Positions 49,085 to 59,481 of a DNA stretch of 64,000 nt are shown here, one piece after another; positions within the stretch are counted from its first letter, which is position 1; every line of letters begins with the position of its first letter. The translations under genes and the position numbers were made by a program. The notes beneath the pieces are model-generated. The model was not told the origin of the DNA. It worked only from the letters and a program-made list of their open reading frames with translations, and searched no databases. Source of the stretch: Crocinitomicaceae bacterium (GTDB lineage: Bacteria; Bacteroidota; Bacteroidia; Flavobacteriales_D; Crocinitomicaceae); contig CAVTPI010000007.1 in NCBI GenBank assembly GCA_963736585.1, forward strand, positions 322,568-386,567. Reading direction: 5' to 3'.

Positions 49085-49783
49085 TTATTTTTTGCGCTTT
49101 TTTTGTTTACTTCGGTTTTGCACGTATTCAAAAACAGCAATGTTACCGGCTAGTAGGCTCCAGCCATATACCACATCTTCTATTGGAATTGTAAAAAACC
49201 GTATACCTGCATTTTCGGCGTCGTTGTACCATACAATTGGCTCGTCCAACCCGGTACCGGTTAATATGCCGTTTACGATACAAAACGGAATAAGTGCAAT
49301 TGCAAAGGACAACGGTAAGTACGTCAAATTTAGTTTAGACTTACGGATAAGCGGAATTGTAATTAGCGCAATTAAAGCAGCCATGGTGCTGTACCATCCA
49401 CCAAAACCATAAACAAATACATTGATTGCATAAATGGCCAAAAGCGCATAAAACAACTGATTAAAGCTACGCAACTTTAATTTGGGAAAATAAGCTTTTA
49501 CACAAGCATAAATAAAAGTACATGAATATGGTACCACTAAAAAAAAGCCAACTTCTTCTATGGGTAAGTTAACTATTTTTAAGCCTGTTAAATAGGTTTC
49601 ATTGAATCCCCAAAAGCCAGCTTCTGTAAAAAAAATATCCCACACTATAAAAGGCACACCTATTGCTAAAATTGCAATAAATACGAACTTCCAATACGTG
49701 TAAAAAGCTACTTTCTTATCAAAACTTAGCAGAAATGGAAAAAGGATGGTTAACCCGTCTAATATGAGGTATGTATATTTCAT
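49085..49783 (-). CDS. crtY: Membrane lycopene beta-cyclase (fused CrtYcd type)
   Basis: Two cyclase repeats, LPIEEVGFF and TIPIEDVVYG; NGILTG. Confidence 0.88.
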   Translation of the reverse strand: MKYTYLILDGLTILFPFLLSFDKKVAFYTYWKFVFIAILAIGVPFIVWDIFFTEAGFWGFNETYLTGLKIVNLPIEEVGFFLVVPYSCTFIYACVKAYFPKLKLRSFNQLFYALLAIYAINVFVYGFGGWYSTMAALIALITIPLIRKSKLNLTYLPLSFAIALIPFCIVNGILTGTGLDEPIVWYNDAENAGIRFFTIPIEDVVYGWSLLAGNIAVFEYVQNRSKQKKRKK

Positions 49784-50401
49784 TTATAATACGGTTAAGG
49801 TAATGAAAAAAGCCAGCCAAACAAAAAATAGCCACACGGCTGTTCTGTTGGTTTTTTCGCTTAGTCGTAAGTAAACGAAACTGAAAAATGTCGAAAACAC
49901 GAACCAGGTAACGTAATTGTAAACTGGAATTTCATCATTTTGCCATGTCCAAAAACCGTATTTTATAGCTACCGGTTCTATCACAAAATCCATTACGGTA
50001 CAAAGCACACCTGCCACTAAAGACTTGACCAAGAGTGGTAGTTGCTTTAATTGGCGCGCAAGGTTGGCTGAGGCAAGTACAATACCATACCAGTTTACGC
50101 CTATTATAAGCGAAACCCCCATTAACTTTGTCCCCAATACATCTCCATAGGCATAATTTCCAAACAAATAGCCAGTTTTTGTTCCCACCAACTCAATCAT
50201 AAAACCACCAATAAAAATAAGGAGGAACACAAAAAATGCCGGAATGCGTTTTGGTTCTGTTAAAAAAACCAATAAACCGCACAAGGTTAAATTAAGCCAC
50301 GTCAATTCAGACGCCGTATCTGATTGAATAAATAAGACTAAACCTATTGCGTGAAATAGGACAAGAATTGCAGGAAAAAAGCGAGTTATTTTGCTGCTCA
50401 T
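49784..50401 (-). CDS. cruF: Carotenoid 1,2-hydratase, CruF/DUF422 family
   Basis: IELVGTKTGYLFGNYAYG, DFVIEPVA, PVYNYVTWF; located in the crt cluster. Confidence 0.82.
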   Translation of the reverse strand: MSSKITRFFPAILVLFHAIGLVLFIQSDTASELTWLNLTLCGLLVFLTEPKRIPAFFVFLLIFIGGFMIELVGTKTGYLFGNYAYGDVLGTKLMGVSLIIGVNWYGIVLASANLARQLKQLPLLVKSLVAGVLCTVMDFVIEPVAIKYGFWTWQNDEIPVYNYVTWFVFSTFFSFVYLRLSEKTNRTAVWLFFVWLAFFITLTVL

Positions 50402-51876
50402 TTTTCGTTTTTAATGAGTTGTTCAACAATTTTAGCCGATTTTAATACAAGTGGAATACCACCACCTGGATGCACTGTTCCTCCGCAGAAATAAACATTT
50501 TTAAACTTTTTAGAGGCATTGCCGTGCCGTTTTATAGCCGCTACTTTACTATTAGATGAAGCGCCATATAAGGCGCCCATGTGCGCTCCTGTATATTCGC
50601 CAATACCTGATTGATCCCAATGTGCTTCATGTTTTATATGCGGCGCTATGTCAATTCCAAAACGCTTTTGAATAACGGCATGCACATATTTTCTGAATTT
50701 CGTTAATTGATTTGCGGTCACCTCTACCCCGGCCGGTACATTAATCATTACAAACCAGTTCTGCCCATTTGCCGGGGCATCTTCTGGGTTAATCGTTGAA
50801 CTGATGTGCACATAAACGGTAGGAACTTCTGAAAATGAGCGATCATCAAACATAATTTTAAACTCCTCTTCATAATTACCTCCAAAAAATATATTGTGTA
50901 ACTTTAACTCGGGAATTACTTTTTCTACCGCCCAGTAAAACACTACGGCAGATGCTGAGCGCTCACGCTCTCCGTACTTTTTAGCCAAAGCGGGTTCGTC
51001 TGCCACTTTTTTATAAAAATTAACGCAATCAATCGCAGAAACGACTTTGTTTGTCAGATAACGATCACCTTCTGCCGTTATTTCTTTTTGATTTTTGCTT
51101 ATCTCTTTAAATTTAATGTCGGATTGCCCAAACTTAAAGTCTACACCTTGCTCCACCGCCAAGTCATGTAACGACCCTACAATTGAGCGCATGCCCTTGG
51201 TTGGAAAGTAAGTACCATCATTCATTTCCAAATGTGGAATCATGCTATACAAACCACTCATTTTATGCGGATCTGATCCATTATAAGTAGCGTAACGGTT
51301 AAAAACTCTTACCAAATTCGGGTCATCAAATTTGCGTTTATTGTAACTATCCAGCGATCCCATTAACTTGCGTGTTATCAACATAGGATAGCGCTTTAGT
51401 AACGCCCGGTCAAAAATATTTTTTAAACCGTATTGGGCATGGTCAATAAACAAATCGCCAATGGCTTTATACGTTTTTTTACTTTCTTCAATGTAAGCAA
51501 TGGCAGCCTCTCCGTTTTTTTTATCAAAATGCTGAATTAATTCAGCATTTCTTTGCTCGGGGTCTGAATGAAAAATAAATTCGGTGCCATCTTGAAAATG
51601 ATAGTGACACGATTCGTCCATGACATGATAATTAAAAAAATCACGTGGATTTTTACCGAAAAGTTCAAAAAGTTCATCTACTTGCGTGGGTAATGTGAAT
51701 AAAGAAGGGCCTTTGTCCCAACGATAATCGCCCCACTTGAACTCGCTTAACTTTCCGCCGTAGGTATCGTTTTTTTCGAGAACTAAAACAGACATTCCCA
51801 TTTTGCGCAAACGCAATGCAGCTGCTACGCCGCCAAGCCCTGCCCCAATGACGATTGCATCATATTTTTTTGCCAT
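50398..51876 (-). CDS. crtD: 1-hydroxycarotenoid 3,4-desaturase
   Basis: GAGLGG, GPSLFT, FNRYATYNGSDP, GALYGASSN, GGTVHPGGGIPL; adjacent to cruF. Confidence 0.85.
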   Translation of the reverse strand: MAKKYDAIVIGAGLGGVAAALRLRKMGMSVLVLEKNDTYGGKLSEFKWGDYRWDKGPSLFTLPTQVDELFELFGKNPRDFFNYHVMDESCHYHFQDGTEFIFHSDPEQRNAELIQHFDKKNGEAAIAYIEESKKTYKAIGDLFIDHAQYGLKNIFDRALLKRYPMLITRKLMGSLDSYNKRKFDDPNLVRVFNRYATYNGSDPHKMSGLYSMIPHLEMNDGTYFPTKGMRSIVGSLHDLAVEQGVDFKFGQSDIKFKEISKNQKEITAEGDRYLTNKVVSAIDCVNFYKKVADEPALAKKYGERERSASAVVFYWAVEKVIPELKLHNIFFGGNYEEEFKIMFDDRSFSEVPTVYVHISSTINPEDAPANGQNWFVMINVPAGVEVTANQLTKFRKYVHAVIQKRFGIDIAPHIKHEAHWDQSGIGEYTGAHMGALYGASSNSKVAAIKRHGNASKKFKNVYFCGGTVHPGGGIPLVLKSAKIVEQLIKNEK

Positions 51877-52398
51877 TTATTTAAAGTGATTTATGAGGTG
51901 TTTTTCCACGCGGTCAAAAATTTGTTGAAACCAAATGGTGTAATTATCCGGGTGAGTTTTTAGATCGTGGCTTAATTCTTTTAAACTTACATATTTCCAA
52001 TCGCAAACTTCTGCCGGGTTAGGCGCTGGTTTTGCATTGTATTTACCAATAAAAACGTGGTCAAATTCATGTTCGGTCAATTCATTGTCCAACTTAGCAT
52101 GATAGATGAAACTAAAAATCGGGTCTATCGAACAGGTGAACCCCATTTCTTCCTGCAAGCGCCGTTGTCCGGCTGCCGTTAAACTTTCTTTATCACGTGG
52201 ATGACTGCAACACGTGTTTGTCCACAAGCCACCGGAGTGATATTTTTCTAACGCTCTGCGTTGAATCAGCAGTTCGTTATTATCATTAAACACAAAAACA
52301 GAAAATGCCCGGTGCAATAGCCCCTTTTGATGTGCCTCGATTTTCTCCATTAACCCTATCGGGTTGTCTTTCTCGTCAACTAATGTTACAAATTCCAT
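51877..52398 (-). CDS. idi: Isopentenyl-diphosphate delta-isomerase type 1
   Basis: LHRAFSVF, WTNTCCSHP, RRLQEEMG, EHEFDHVF. Confidence 0.96.
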   Translation of the reverse strand: MEFVTLVDEKDNPIGLMEKIEAHQKGLLHRAFSVFVFNDNNELLIQRRALEKYHSGGLWTNTCCSHPRDKESLTAAGQRRLQEEMGFTCSIDPIFSFIYHAKLDNELTEHEFDHVFIGKYNAKPAPNPAEVCDWKYVSLKELSHDLKTHPDNYTIWFQQIFDRVEKHLINHFK

Positions 52399-52856
52399 TA
52401 ATTTGAATTTAAATATTCTCTAATTTCTTTTTTATAAGATGCTGACCAGTCTAGCTTATCCATACCGGCCAAAATTATTTTTTTATCTGCAGTCATATCG
52501 TCACTATAGTCTAAAAAACCTGGCGCACCTTGCTGTACGTTAAATCGTACAAAGCGTATTTCTACATTATCTGGAAAACGCTTTACCACCCGTTCTAACA
52601 ATTCTTTTCCTTCATTAAAATAATCTAGTTTTGAGGTTGGCCATATCGTATGATTGGCTCGTGCCATAATGCCACCTGCATGATAAGCATACAACACGGG
52701 GTTGGATAACATGGAATAATTTTCTGTTAAATCAATTAGTTTTTCATTGGCGGCTTCATCTACATTTGACCGCGCAAATAAATCGCGAATGTGTTGCATA
52801 TCTACGGATGCGGCCACAGTGGAAAGGGACAGTAACATCAGCATTAGCAACTTCAT
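52398..52856 (-). CDS. Hypothetical secreted helical protein within the crt operon
   Basis: Signal peptide; KLDYFNEGKELLE...DNVEIRFVRF..Q..APGFLDY. Confidence 0.78.
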   Translation of the reverse strand: MKLLMLMLLSLSTVAASVDMQHIRDLFARSNVDEAANEKLIDLTENYSMLSNPVLYAYHAGGIMARANHTIWPTSKLDYFNEGKELLERVVKRFPDNVEIRFVRFNVQQGAPGFLDYSDDMTADKKIILAGMDKLDWSASYKKEIREYLNSN

Positions 52857-52891
52857 ACATTATTTTTTATGGTGTTTTTAAAATTCAATGG

Positions 52892-53727
52892 TTACAAAAC
52901 GTTAATCGAGTTTTTTACATACGACTGGAAAAAAAGCATCATTTTCTTTTCGTCTGAAATTCGAATGCGCTCATTCATGAGGTCTTGAATGGTTTTACGT
53001 TTTATTTTTGCTAATAATTTTGTGTAATAAACATAACTTACATACACCCCCAAGCGGGACGATTTTGGCAACATTTTGATACCAATGTAAGCTTCTTTAA
53101 ATTCCTCTTCAATCTCTAACTCTATGTTTAACTTGTCTTGTACAGAAATACCACCTTCACTAATGTGCGGAAAATACAGGCGACCTAAATCACCAATATC
53201 GTCTTTCAAATCGCGCAAAAAGTTAATTTTTTGAAAAGCCGAGCCCAATTTCATGGCATACGGTTTTAGCTTGTTATATTCTTCATTATTCCCATAAACG
53301 AAAATTTTCAAGCACATTAAACCGACTACCTCGGCGAACCAAAAATATACTCGTTGTATTTACTTTCGTTATACTCTTGCGGGTTTAAATCCATTTCCAT
53401 ACTGTGATAAAATGCATGGATTAAGTCATGATCAATATCATATTTATTTACGGCAAACTGAAATGAATTTAAAATGGGATTTAGTGAAATGCCGCGTTTA
53501 ATGGCTAAAAAAGTTTCGTTTTTAAACTCTTTCAACAGTTCGTTTTTATTGTAATCATGGAATGAATCAACTATTTCGTCTGCAAAACGTACAAAACCAT
53601 AAACGGCGTGTACATCATTTCTGATTTTTTTATCTAGAAAACTTACCCCTTTGTAAAAAGATGTACTGTACTTTTTGGTGACAGCCACTGAGGCTTCTTC
53701 GCAGTATTTGTCGAATAGTTGTTTCAT
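52892..53727 (-). pseudogene. crtB: Phytoene synthase split by a one-base deletion near 53335 (278 aa if restored; may be a sequencing error)
   Basis: YGFVRFADEIVDSFH and SMEMDL in the 5' ORF; AFQKINFLRDLKDD in the 3' ORF. Adding one G gives YIFGSAEVVGLMCLKIF. Confidence 0.88.
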
Positions 53728-53831
53728 AGTTTTCTACTTTACTTATTTAACGTCATTGAGACGTTGCCGGATTTTTCAACCGGCCATTATTTTAGGTTAA
53801 ACTGCGTAAGTTAGCTATCAAAATAACAAAT

Positions 53832-55296
53832 TTAAAACTGTTTAGCAAGGTGTTTTGCTACAATTTTTCCTGAAATTAAGGAGGGCGGTATTCCCTGTCC
53901 CAGGAACGGTAAGTTGCCCGCAGAAATACAGGTTTTTTAGTTTAGATGTTATTTTGGGTTTAAGGTTTGCCGTTTGTTTTAGTGTATTGGCTAATCCATA
54001 GGCATTTCCTTTGTATGAATTGTAGTCTGCTTTGAAATCAGAAATACAAAAAGCGCGTTTGTAAATTACATGTTTTTTAATTTCCGTCCCGGTGTGTTTT
54101 TCCATTCTGTCCATTATAATGTTGTAGTAGCGCTCTCTAATTTCGGGAGTGTCTTCCAAATCGGGGGCTATAGGCACAAGTAAAAAAATATTTTCATTGC
54201 CTGCCGGGGCTACACCTTTGTCTGTTTTTGATGGTGCACAGGCATAAAACAATGGTTTTTTTGGCCACTGCGGATGATTGTAAATTTCTTTTCCGTGGGT
54301 ATCAATGTCTTCGTCAAAAAACAAGTTATGATGATCTAAATTTGGAACTTCTTTATTAATGCCCAAATAGTAAATAAGACAACTTGGTGCTAATCGTCTA
54401 CTGTCCCAGTATTTTTCTGAATATCTGCGGAATGCTTTTGGAATAAGTTGCTGCTCTACGAACTGATAATCTGCCCCGGCAATAACGTGGTTTGTATCGA
54501 TTACTTTGCCGTTTACCTCTAACCCTACCACCTCATTCTCGGCACATACAAGTTTTGCAACAGGACTGTTAAAATGGAATTTTGCTCCATTTTTTTCTGC
54601 GATTTGCATGAGCGCATTGGCTAATGCCCCCATTCCACCGTCCGGGTACCAAGTCCCCAACCCCATGTCTGCATGGTTCATTAAGGTATATAAAGAAGGT
54701 ATTCGATTGGGCATTTCACCCAAAAATAACACTGGGAAATTTAAGATACCAATTGCTTTAGCGGACGTAAACCTATTTGTAACATCTTTATCTACCGATT
54801 TAAAAACGTCCATACGCAACGCTTTTTTTACGACGTTAAAGTTAATGACTTCGCCTAATTTTAGGCCTGGTTTTTCTAAAAATTCGGGTACGGCTATCTC
54901 ATACTTCTCTTCAGCATCTTCCAAAAATTGCTTCAGTTTAGCTCCTCCGTTTTCTTCGAATGAATCAAACAATTTAAATAGCTCATTTTTGTCTGCTGGG
55001 ATTTCTGTTGGTTCACTGCTGTTCCAAAAAATTTTGTACGAAGGGTTTAGCCGCTTAAGTTTAAAGTAGTCTTCACGATTTTCACCTAACTCGGTAAATA
55101 GGCTATCAATAAGCCCGGGCATCCAATACCAAGATGGACCCATATCAAACTTGAATCCATCTTTTTCAAACGTTCGCGACCTTCCGCCAACGCTCTCATT
55201 TTTTTCATACACATTTACTTGATGCCCTTTTTTGGCCAAATAACATGTGGCGTAGAGGCTAGATAAGCCCGCTCCAATAATATCAATTTTTATCAT
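53832..55296 (-). CDS. crtI: Phytoene desaturase; +1 frameshift near 53894 alters the last ~20 aa (487 aa if restored)
   Basis: FDMGPSWYWMP, GNAYGLANTLKQTA, GQLTVPG. Removing one G yields GIPPSLISGKIVAKHLAKQF* with stop at 53832. Confidence 0.92.
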
Positions 55297-55781
55297 TTAA
55301 CCAATTTGCTCGATAGTCTTTTACGCGCTTGAAAAACTCTACTTTTTACTGTTCCAATCGGAATTTCCAGCTGTGCAGCTATCTCCTTGTATTTGAAACC
55401 TTCTAAATGTAATTCAAACGGTCGTCGTAAATCTACGTTCAAATTTTGAATTTCTCCTAATATTTGTCCTTCCATCATTTGGTCAATCGGAGTGTATTCA
55501 AAACTTTCGCCATTCATCACTTTGTAACTGTCAGAGTCACAATGGATCATTTGATATGATTTTTTTCGAACACCATTAATAAAGATGTTACGCATCATAA
55601 TTTTAAGCCAACCTTTAAGGTTTGTATTGGTTCTGAATTTTTCTTTGTTCAAGAAGGCACGCAAAATTGTTTCTTGCGCTAAATCTTGAGCATTTTCTTG
55701 ATTCCTAGTATATTTTAAAGCAAACCCGTTTATATAGTCGGACAGGTTTACTATTTGTGATTGAAAATCTGCTGTCGTCAT
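55293..55781 (-). CDS. ECF sigma factor heading the carotenoid operon (start re-assigned to ATG 55781)
   Basis: DLAQETILRA, TNLKGWLKIMMRNIFIN, GFKYKEIA...GTVKSRVFQAR; overlaps the crtI start. Confidence 0.92.
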   Translation of the reverse strand: MTTADFQSQIVNLSDYINGFALKYTRNQENAQDLAQETILRAFLNKEKFRTNTNLKGWLKIMMRNIFINGVRKKSYQMIHCDSDSYKVMNGESFEYTPIDQMMEGQILGEIQNLNVDLRRPFELHLEGFKYKEIAAQLEIPIGTVKSRVFQARKRLSSKLVK

Positions 55782-55880
55782 TTTGTTTAAGTATTTAGTT
55801 GAATAGTTAAACAAAAATAGCAATTAATTTGAAGTGCCACCCTATTTTGTTTAATTATTTTAAAAAAAAGTTAAACAAAA
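55781..55880. promoter_or_regulatory. Two identical palindromic operators TTTTGTTTAA-N16-TTAAACAAAA with an overlapping -7 element
   Basis: Sites at 55781-55816 and 55845-55880; TATTTTTG on the - strand at 55812-19. Confidence 0.75.
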
Positions 55881-56066
55881 TCAGTAAACCCAATAAAAAT
55901 AAGGGCTAGAGATGTTTCTAGTCAACAAAAGTTAGTTCTTCTAAAAAAAGGGGATGGTGGGGTAATGGACAATTTTCTACATCAATAATACAAAAAATTA
56001 GGTGAATATCCAAATTATATTGAATAAACCCAGTGATTACTGAAATCAAAAAAAACAGAAATTTTG

Positions 56067-56936
56067 TTAATCTATCTCAATAGATTCTACTGAACGGATG
56101 ATGTTTACATCTTTAGGCGCGTGGCTTTTAAAAACGCTTAATTGATAACCACCGACGTAAATTTTAGAATAATCAATGAACTCTCCCAGCCCGTCAAAAA
56201 ATGCTGTAAACTCGTCTTGGTTCATTTTTGCAATAAGGCTTGTAAAAACAAAATCTGGATTTACTGATTTTATCATGCCACGTAAGTCTTCTAACGGAAC
56301 AGATTGTCCAAGGTAGAGGCAGTCATACCCTTTTGATTTTAGGTAGTAGTTGTAAAATAGCAAACCAAGTTCATGGTATTCGCCTTCTTTCAAAAACAGG
56401 ATCACTTTACCTTTTGCCGGTTTTATACGTTCACACTTTTCGGCTTGTACGACTAAAAAATCGCGTAGTAAGTTTGAGAAAAAATGTTCGTGCGTTACCG
56501 AAATGGAATCAACTTGCCACAATTCGCCAATTTTTTTTAGTGCGGGTACAATTAAGTCTACAAAAACACGTGTAACGCCTGCTTTTTTTGAGGTTTGAAT
56601 CAACTCACGCCGAATGGCATCTTCGTTATATTCAACAATAAGTTCAATTAATCGATTAACACTATTGGCCTGCCCTACCTCTGATGCCATTAAGATTTCA
56701 TTGGCCAACTGGAAAATTTCGGCTTCTGAAAGTTTGGCAATTTTAGATATTTTTAGTCCGTTGGTATAAAGTAGGTTTATGTTCAAGATTCGCTTAAGGT
56801 CGCGTTCAGAATATAGCCGAATATTGGTATCACTACGTTCCGGATTAAGCAAATTATAGCGTTGCTCCCATATCCTTAAGGTATGTGCCTTAATTCGGGT
56901 AAAATTCTCTAGGTCTTTTATGGAATAAACTGCCAT
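56067..56936 (-). CDS. MerR-family regulator with cobalamin-binding domain (CarH/LitR-like)
   Basis: MerR HTH (YSIKDLE...HTLRIWEQRY), W-x9-EH (WQVDSISVTHEH), GEYHELG, YLGQSVP. Confidence 0.9.
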   Translation of the reverse strand: MAVYSIKDLENFTRIKAHTLRIWEQRYNLLNPERSDTNIRLYSERDLKRILNINLLYTNGLKISKIAKLSEAEIFQLANEILMASEVGQANSVNRLIELIVEYNEDAIRRELIQTSKKAGVTRVFVDLIVPALKKIGELWQVDSISVTHEHFFSNLLRDFLVVQAEKCERIKPAKGKVILFLKEGEYHELGLLFYNYYLKSKGYDCLYLGQSVPLEDLRGMIKSVNPDFVFTSLIAKMNQDEFTAFFDGLGEFIDYSKIYVGGYQLSVFKSHAPKDVNIIRSVESIEID

Positions 56937-57069
56937 GTTAGTAAAACAGTCAGCTAAACGAATTGTTTTATAAAGCCGATCAATTTTTTTTATTTGATAA
57001 AGTTACTTAAAAAAATGCTGAATAAGTAAAAAGCTATTGCCCTATTGTTCAGTGGCTCTCCTTTTGTCT

Positions 57070-57780
57070 TTATTGTTTATTTTTTTTTCGCTCAGCTCGT
57101 TTTTTTTGGCGTTCACGTTTTCGGTTCATTTTTTTTCGCTCACGCCGCTTTTTTTTATTCGCTTTAATTTGCTTTTTTTCAATTTTTCGTTGTTCTTTAA
57201 ACGTAATTTTATCAACCGTCACTACCGCGTCATCAAACGCTATTGTGCCAGACTGAATATCGCGAATCACATGCTCAACAATCTTATCATCCTCTGTGGT
57301 GGGGTCATACTGTATTGTTAAGTCTTGATCCCATATTTTTGCCATTAGGTTAAACATTTCTGCTTTTGACTTGCCGCGGTATTTATTTGAAATATCGTAA
57401 ACAGTCATCCCTGTTTCACGGTGAATCAACTTCATTAACATTTTACCCTCGGAGGTATATAAGTCTAAAATAAAGTATTTAAAATCATCTTTTAAACCTT
57501 GGTAAGCCTGTCTGTAAAATTTATTTTGCTTTCGTCGTTTATCAATCTTTTCAGCATTTGAATCAATGTTGTCTATCACATCTGCTGCATATAGCGCATA
57601 CGGATACACTTTTACAACCAAACGTTTCATCCGATTGTACTTTTTCATATAGTCTGCAGTATAAATAGGCACTACATTGCCTTCATACTCTTTCAGACTA
57701 TCCTCTGGCCAAATCTCTATTTGTCCAAACGACACCGCGTTTAGAAACAAACTTATTAATAGTAATGCTAACTTCTTCAT
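57070..57780 (-). CDS. DUF4294 family secreted protein with highly basic tail
   Basis: KVYPYA, LYTSEGKMLMKLIHRETG, YDP...DKIVE. Confidence 0.8.
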   Translation of the reverse strand: MKKLALLLISLFLNAVSFGQIEIWPEDSLKEYEGNVVPIYTADYMKKYNRMKRLVVKVYPYALYAADVIDNIDSNAEKIDKRRKQNKFYRQAYQGLKDDFKYFILDLYTSEGKMLMKLIHRETGMTVYDISNKYRGKSKAEMFNLMAKIWDQDLTIQYDPTTEDDKIVEHVIRDIQSGTIAFDDAVVTVDKITFKEQRKIEKKQIKANKKKRRERKKMNRKRERQKKRAERKKNKQ

Positions 57781-57866
57781 ATCTATTGTATGGCAAGATT
57801 TATACCAACTTTTATTCGCGTTATTTTTGAGATATTTGTACTTTTAACTCGATTAAATTTACGAAA

Positions 57867-58319
57867 ATGATAAACGCAAAACAAGCCCTAGTATTAAGTT
57901 TAACAGTTATTTTATCTACGTTTTCTTCATGTAAAGGAAATGCAGAAGGTACCACTGATGAAGAAATAGACACGTTAGCGGTAGATACGAGTTTGGGAAT
58001 TGATACGTTGGATATTCAACCCATTGATACCATTACGGTAGATTCTGCAGGGTATATTAACGAAGAAGCTGCCCTTACCACTCAAATAGAAAAACAATAT
58101 GGCGAGCAATGGGATTTTTGTGATTGTGTCGTTAAAAATGACTCTGTCAATACGGCTATTTTTGAAACGGATGATGATGACCAGCTGGAATTAATTTTGG
58201 CGCGCATGGAGGTAATTGACCAACATTGTAAAGAAATGTTGACCGCACCCAACACTACGCCAGACGAACGTGCTAAACACGAACGCAAAGTAAATAAGTG
58301 TTTAAAAGCTGCAAAGTAA
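57867..58319 (+). CDS. Hypothetical lipoprotein with acidic linker and Cys-containing C-terminal domain
   Basis: Lipobox FSSC; DT-rich linker; CDC...C...C. Confidence 0.75.
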   Translation: MINAKQALVLSLTVILSTFSSCKGNAEGTTDEEIDTLAVDTSLGIDTLDIQPIDTITVDSAGYINEEAALTTQIEKQYGEQWDFCDCVVKNDSVNTAIFETDDDDQLELILARMEVIDQHCKEMLTAPNTTPDERAKHERKVNKCLKAAK

Positions 58320-58325
58320 TACTTT

Positions 58326-58805
58326 TTAACCCGTTACTTTTGCTATTAATTCCTCAAAATGTGGGTAATACACCCTTCCCCACATTGGTTTTTTATCAAA
58401 TTTATACACTGTATTTGACTTGCTGTCTATTACTACGGGAATGGTAAAGCCCGCCCATTTTTTACCCGAATCCAATTTTTCACAATACGCAATGGCCTCT
58501 GGTGTAAGATTTGATGATGAAATAATCGTAATCACGCCCAAACCAGATTGCAGCCCTCTTGGCCAACCTGTGTAATTTTGTTTAGCATAAGCAAATGCTG
58601 CAGATAGGTGCGCTTCTATTTTATCTACGGTTACAGCTTCGTCTCCAAAATCAGAGGCAACTATAAATGTGTTTAGCTGTGTTGCCATCCACTTCCATTT
58701 AAACACTTTTTCATATCCAATTACACTTGGATATTCATAAATATGATCTTCTTTTAAAAAGATATTCATTTCGGTAAGTTGCTGTTTAATTGCTGTTTGC
58801 TTCAT
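58326..58805 (-). CDS. Hypothetical protein
   Basis: 159-aa ORF (GWPRGLQSG) overlapping the end of the upstream MscS-family gene. Confidence 0.7.
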   Translation of the reverse strand: MKQTAIKQQLTEMNIFLKEDHIYEYPSVIGYEKVFKWKWMATQLNTFIVASDFGDEAVTVDKIEAHLSAAFAYAKQNYTGWPRGLQSGLGVITIISSSNLTPEAIAYCEKLDSGKKWAGFTIPVVIDSKSNTVYKFDKKPMWGRVYYPHFEELIAKVTG

Positions 58806-59370
58806 TTGGTTTAGGATTAATTTCTTGGTTTTCTGTTTTTACGGGCTCTTTTGATGCAGTAACTGGTGAAGTGGCTTTTACCGCTTTTTGCATTAATACG
58901 TTATTTGGTAGTGAGGTAAGCTCGCCATTAGTGGTTTTTATTTTAACAAAAAATGGTCCTATTTCTACAATATACCCCTCAATGTCAAACTCCTTGTCTA
59001 ATATACGAATGTGATCGCCAATTTTGGTGGTGGAGTTGAAGAAAAGAATAATACCGGATGTAATGTTGGATAAATGTGACCATTGTGCAAAAAAAGCGAC
59101 GCCCAAAACAGTAAGTGCTGATGATAAAAAGAGGATAATACGCGACTGTTCAATACTCCAAATAATAATGAGTGCGGCTACTACAACAATGTTTAATAGC
59201 CGAACAGAACTTTTAAAGGCTGTGTTTTTACGCGCTACAGAAAATTGCGTGAACAAAAAACGCTTACGGATAAAATGGTTCAGTAGCAACCGAATGACGA
59301 ACCATAAAATAATCGCCAAAATGGTTTCTACGAGTTGACTTTTATAGGTTTGTAAGATTGTTGCAATCAT
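58786..59370 (-). CDS. Short MscS-family mechanosensitive channel protein
   Basis: LGVAFFAQWSHLSNITSGII, KIGDHI, LPNN. Confidence 0.85.
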   Translation of the reverse strand: MIATILQTYKSQLVETILAIILWFVIRLLLNHFIRKRFLFTQFSVARKNTAFKSSVRLLNIVVVAALIIIWSIEQSRIILFLSSALTVLGVAFFAQWSHLSNITSGIILFFNSTTKIGDHIRILDKEFDIEGYIVEIGPFFVKIKTTNGELTSLPNNVLMQKAVKATSPVTASKEPVKTENQEINPKPNEANSN

Positions 59371-59481
59371 TTTTTAAAGTTGTGTTTGTTTGAAGGATTG
59401 AAGATAATAGTAAAAAGTGAATGGGTTGGATTTGTGTGGCTGGAAAATAATCGAGATCAATAATCTGCTGAGGATAACAAG

